26,491 bases of DNA from a virus (lineage: Duplodnaviria > Caudoviricetes): the IMG/VR virus record IMGVR_UViG_3300005512_000284, positions 1 to 26,491 of that record, one strand, 5' to 3'. Position 1 is the first letter of the stretch. Each line of letters opens with the position of its first letter. The position numbers were made by a program, and so were the translations under genes. This document shows positions 24,201-26,491 of the stretch, one piece after another. The notes beneath the pieces were generated by a model, which saw only the letters and a program-made list of their open reading frames with translations, was not told where the DNA came from and ran no database searches.

Positions 24201-26490
24201 TTGTACTTCCAATGCCAACACCTTCAACTTTCACGATTTCGTCACCAACTTTAAGCAAATCTCCACCAAAAATAGAAGTTATGTCATTTATAGTAATAGT
24301 ATTATCAGTCGTTAACACTTCATCATATAATGCTGTTGTAACTGCAGTGGAAACAATTGGAGATTGGATGAGATTGTCAATAGCAACTAGTACTTTTGGA
24401 TTTTGATTTGTTGCAGTGAATGTGTGAGCAGCTCCAACACCACTAGTACCAACCGAAGTTAAATCAAGAGTCTTTGGAGAGAAACTTAAAGCATCTTCTG
24501 CACTTCTAGAAAGTTTGATAGTATTATCATTAATTTTAACTACAAAGATTCCTTCCGAAGGAAGTAAATCTGTTGTGAGTCCAGTGCTAGTAAAAGTAGT
24601 TTCTCCAATACCGATGGACTCGGTGTTGCCAAGACCTGGACACGTATATTCAATTTTTTCGCCAGTTACATAGAAGTGATTTGGAATTGTAATAGTATTT
24701 GAAGATGTATTAATCCCACTCTCAGCAAATGTTCTTTCAAAAATATTATCACCTTTATGAGTCAAATTAAATGTTCTCTTGATATCTCTATCGGTTCCTG
24801 TATAGTCACCAGATCCAGTTTCTAAAGTTCCATTATTAAAACTAATGATAGATTTAGTATCATCTTCGATTCTAAGGGCATTAGCATAAACATGAACAGT
24901 TGCATCAATCCCAGATAAAGGTGTAAAGAGAATTTGAGTAGTTGCAGCAAGTCCAACAGAGTCTACAATTACTTTAGATCCAAAAGTACCAAGTCCAGAA
25001 TACGTTTGAATATTTCCATATTCAGTAGCAAATGTTTCACCAGAAGATGCTCCTTCAATATGATCATCAATAACAACATACTCTAAAAATTCATAACGAT
25101 TATTTGTAGTATCATGGACCTGAATCATAAAGTACCCAGCATCGTATCTGTCCTCACTAAGAGAAACATGAGTTGGATATTCTGCAATAACATTTTCTGT
25201 TGGAGAACCAGAGGATGTTATATTTGTAGTTGTTGATTGTAATCTAGCATGTTTCAGATCTAAAGTAGAAATACCAGATGATATTGAAGATAAACCTACG
25301 ACTATTGTATTAACTACAGCAGTTGTCCCTATCCCTGCAGATGGATTAAAATCAACTTTAATATTTGACCCATCAAGATAAGCAGTATATGTTCCAAATC
25401 CAGATTCAGATGGTACTGATGAAGAAGTAATCAGTTTACCATATTCAAGAATAGAGACATCTGATCCATCATGGACAATATTTAATTCTTGAACTTCAAA
25501 TTCTGTTGAATTGAATGTGGAAGTGCTGCCATAAGATGGATTACTAACATCTGGAGAAATTTCAACAAGAACCTTCAAAGAGTGATAGGTATTGCCTACA
25601 CTCACAATAGTTGTAGATATTCCAGAATCAACTATCACACTCTCAGAGTCAATCAACACTCCTCCGATAGAAGTCGATCCTGTGCTGAGATAGTTGTCAT
25701 TTAAATTATAAGAAAGTGATGCTACATGATAATCGTTTACTAATGATTTGGTTGGATAAAATAATAATTGACCCTCTGTACCAAATAATGAGAAATCAAA
25801 AGATCCTTGATCATATACAGTTTCTACTCTTGCGTATTGATTAATATATGCAAAAGATCCATCATGAATGAGATCAACCATTAATGCTTGTCTCTCTTGA
25901 GTAAATCTCTTGTCAACTACGTAAGTAAAATACTTTCTAAATCTAAACTCTCCAAGTTGGAATCTATTAACTACACTAAAAGGATTTGTCCTACTACTAC
26001 TATTAAACTCGGAGCTTAAATCGTCAATAGAAAGAACTCTATTTCCAAATGATTCTGTAAAGTCAGTTAAAATAGTATTATTAAGGGCAATTTCATTAGA
26101 CAGAACTCTGCCATCTGAAAGAGTTAAATTATTTTCTGTAGCAATATCAAAATCAAATACACAATTCGTATCTACAGATTCATGTAAGCTGTTTACAATA
26201 GTAACATCAGTTAACTCTGTAGAAAGACCAACTTGCAACGATTGATTTAAACCAGTTCCAGTTGCTGTACTATTTGTTGATTCGACTTGAAGATCACTAA
26301 ACTTTTTGTATCCAAGAGTATGATTTATTGAAGATATAGTATCATTCCAAGTGTCAAATGGAATAGTGCTTCTTAATGAATATGAGTATTTTTGATAATA
26401 AAAATTGTCTTGTAATCTTTGTAAATTATTATTGAAATATCCAGAATCTACTTGATTTCCACTGAATATTTCAGAAGAAATATCAGTTTC
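21235..26490 (-). CDS. gp7: Giant baseplate wedge initiator (T4 gp7-like), C-terminal portion; 5' end outside window
   Basis: The frame stays open beyond the track's TTG at 26238 to the window end and encodes QRLQDNFYYQKYSYSLRS..W..INHTLGYKKF, matching the gp7 QD..YYQ.[FY]SY..HP.G motif region; lies directly upstream of gp8. Confidence 0.85.
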   Translation of the reverse strand, partial: ETDISSEIFSGNQVDSGYFNNNLQRLQDNFYYQKYSYSLRSTIPFDTWNDTISSINHTLGYKKFSDLQVESTNSTATGTGLNQSLQVGLSTELTDVTIVNSLHESVDTNCVFDFDIATENNLTLSDGRVLSNEIALNNTILTDFTESFGNRVLSIDDLSSEFNSSSRTNPFSVVNRFQLGEFRFRKYFTYVVDKRFTQERQALMVDLIHDGSFAYINQYARVETVYDQGSFDFSLFGTEGQLLFYPTKSLVNDYHVASLSYNLNDNYLSTGSTSIGGVLIDSESVIVDSGISTTIVSVGNTYHSLKVLVEISPDVSNPSYGSTSTFNSTEFEVQELNIVHDGSDVSILEYGKLITSSSVPSESGFGTYTAYLDGSNIKVDFNPSAGIGTTAVVNTIVVGLSSISSGISTLDLKHARLQSTTTNITSSGSPTENVIAEYPTHVSLSEDRYDAGYFMIQVHDTTNNRYEFLEYVVIDDHIEGASSGETFATEYGNIQTYSGLGTFGSKVIVDSVGLAATTQILFTPLSGIDATVHVYANALRIEDDTKSIISFNNGTLETGSGDYTGTDRDIKRTFNLTHKGDNIFERTFAESGINTSSNTITIPNHFYVTGEKIEYTCPGLGNTESIGIGETTFTSTGLTTDLLPSEGIFVVKINDNTIKLSRSAEDALSFSPKTLDLTSVGTSGVGAAHTFTATNQNPKVLVAIDNLIQSPIVSTAVTTALYDEVLTTDNTITINDITSIFGGDLLKVGDEIVKVEGVGIGSTNALSVRRGWMGTNIQTGLSTGDLVTKVVGNYNIVANTINFIDAPYGNTPIGSTTNPPDERDYLGITTSSSFQGRTFMRTAQKNTTNETYHKNYVFDDISEQFNGIKREFTLKSNGSDIDGISNEGAVILVNDMFQVFGNLNNYTLSETTGITSITFAGAGRTTESDFVESMSNDVGVSTFPRGGMIVSVGSSAGFGYQPLVAAGGTATVSAAGTISAVSIGNSGSGYRGKNRYEILTDTSNPVGVGSTEIYLENTNSVYDIISLLNTGDNVTIGIGSFLRTNTPVVSVASTFVRIGFGSTSSLEIPTGTQVSIGITNPTLGYVNVSVGESSVGISSITHVGFATIMTGTGNISTSVTITNPGSGYTSTNLPFVTIDSPSSYTNLPLEYVSGTTGLGTAATIDIVVGQGSSVIDFEINNTGYGYNNGERLTVSVGGNVGIATTPGFSSSNQFEIQIERVIRDEFTGWSLGVLETFDDLNSYIDGSRVDFPLIKAGIPISINKTKGSKIELDQLLLVFVNGILQSPGVSYTFNGGSQITFSEALKIGDTLEICFYKGGGDGLDVIEREVIETIKYGDEVTLNYDPDRGQKSYLQENDRTISSITNVDKCETLPYFGPGNTVDTTLERPITWCRQTEDKIINGQEVSKDREIYEPVISPTANIISTVGIGSTIIYVDRLRPLFDLNNENSNSAFREAFRKSVTLVNPAVTIGSAATAVVSAAGTINSITINEGGVGYSTAPDVSVGIGSTTATATATITNGSVTDITITNPGSGYTQTNPPLVLIGPPAKQTESCDVLNSEYFGDSGIIVGLGTTSIGVGATGMVFHLHIPFDSDMRNADLVGTAVTISGISTGDYFIVRNSNLGTASTSITAFGTDNSTVVGIGSEFIDNVYVANTVGVVTQTVAGVSTSVVKVTVNTDIEPDGVSGFSTGAFLGDYSWGKIILDGRTKEISYPAHTLTGIGTNGLTGISTSSKVYRTRYIRYKNFTHDF

Positions 26491-26491
26491 A

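Noticed and set aside
658-24406. All plus-strand ORFs in the track (60-135 aa)
   Set aside because: Each lies antisense to a long, well-supported minus-strand gene; their V/P/T/S-rich translations are the expected mirror of G/T/N-rich codons; no plus-strand promoter or family motif seen.
26236-26238. TTG start of the 1667-aa ORF
   Set aside because: The frame is open to the window end and the conserved gp7 motif lies upstream of this codon.
1-26491. tRNA, rRNA, intron, intein, homing endonuclease, integrase or intrinsic terminator
   Set aside because: Intergenic gaps are all under 60 nt, no GC-rich stem followed by a U-tract was seen, and no LAGLIDADG, HNH, GIY-YIG or intein motifs were recognised by eye.

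Overview
AT-rich, densely coding segment of a T4-like myovirus, most consistent with a marine cyanomyovirus. All credible genes lie on the minus strand. Reading right to left: the C-terminal part of a giant gp7 baseplate wedge initiator (runs off the window end), gp8, a 2553-aa VrlC/DUF4815-type structural protein, three small overlapping ORFs (one NblA-like), then gp13, gp14, gp15 and gp16. Downstream of gp16 lies at least 7.4 kb of accessory genes with no gp17 in the window: a 1133-aa segmented coiled-coil/beta-helix fibre with two small partner ORFs, then a late-promoter-led unit. That unit holds a 568-aa string of about eight mini-domains joined at Glu-ending linkers (candidate prohead-protease-processed polyprotein), a translationally coupled 104-aa protein starting with a T4 capsid-targeting-like peptide (MKSFKEFIQE) and sharing a domain with the polyprotein, and a >=396-aa ORF missed by the ORF track. 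Five T4-type late promoter motifs ([A/C]TAAATA) sit at gene junctions. The strongest candidate for an undescribed system is the polyprotein/capsid-cargo unit at 1..3243; the NblA-like gene inside the structural operon is second. Family names come from motif recognition by eye, not database searches.
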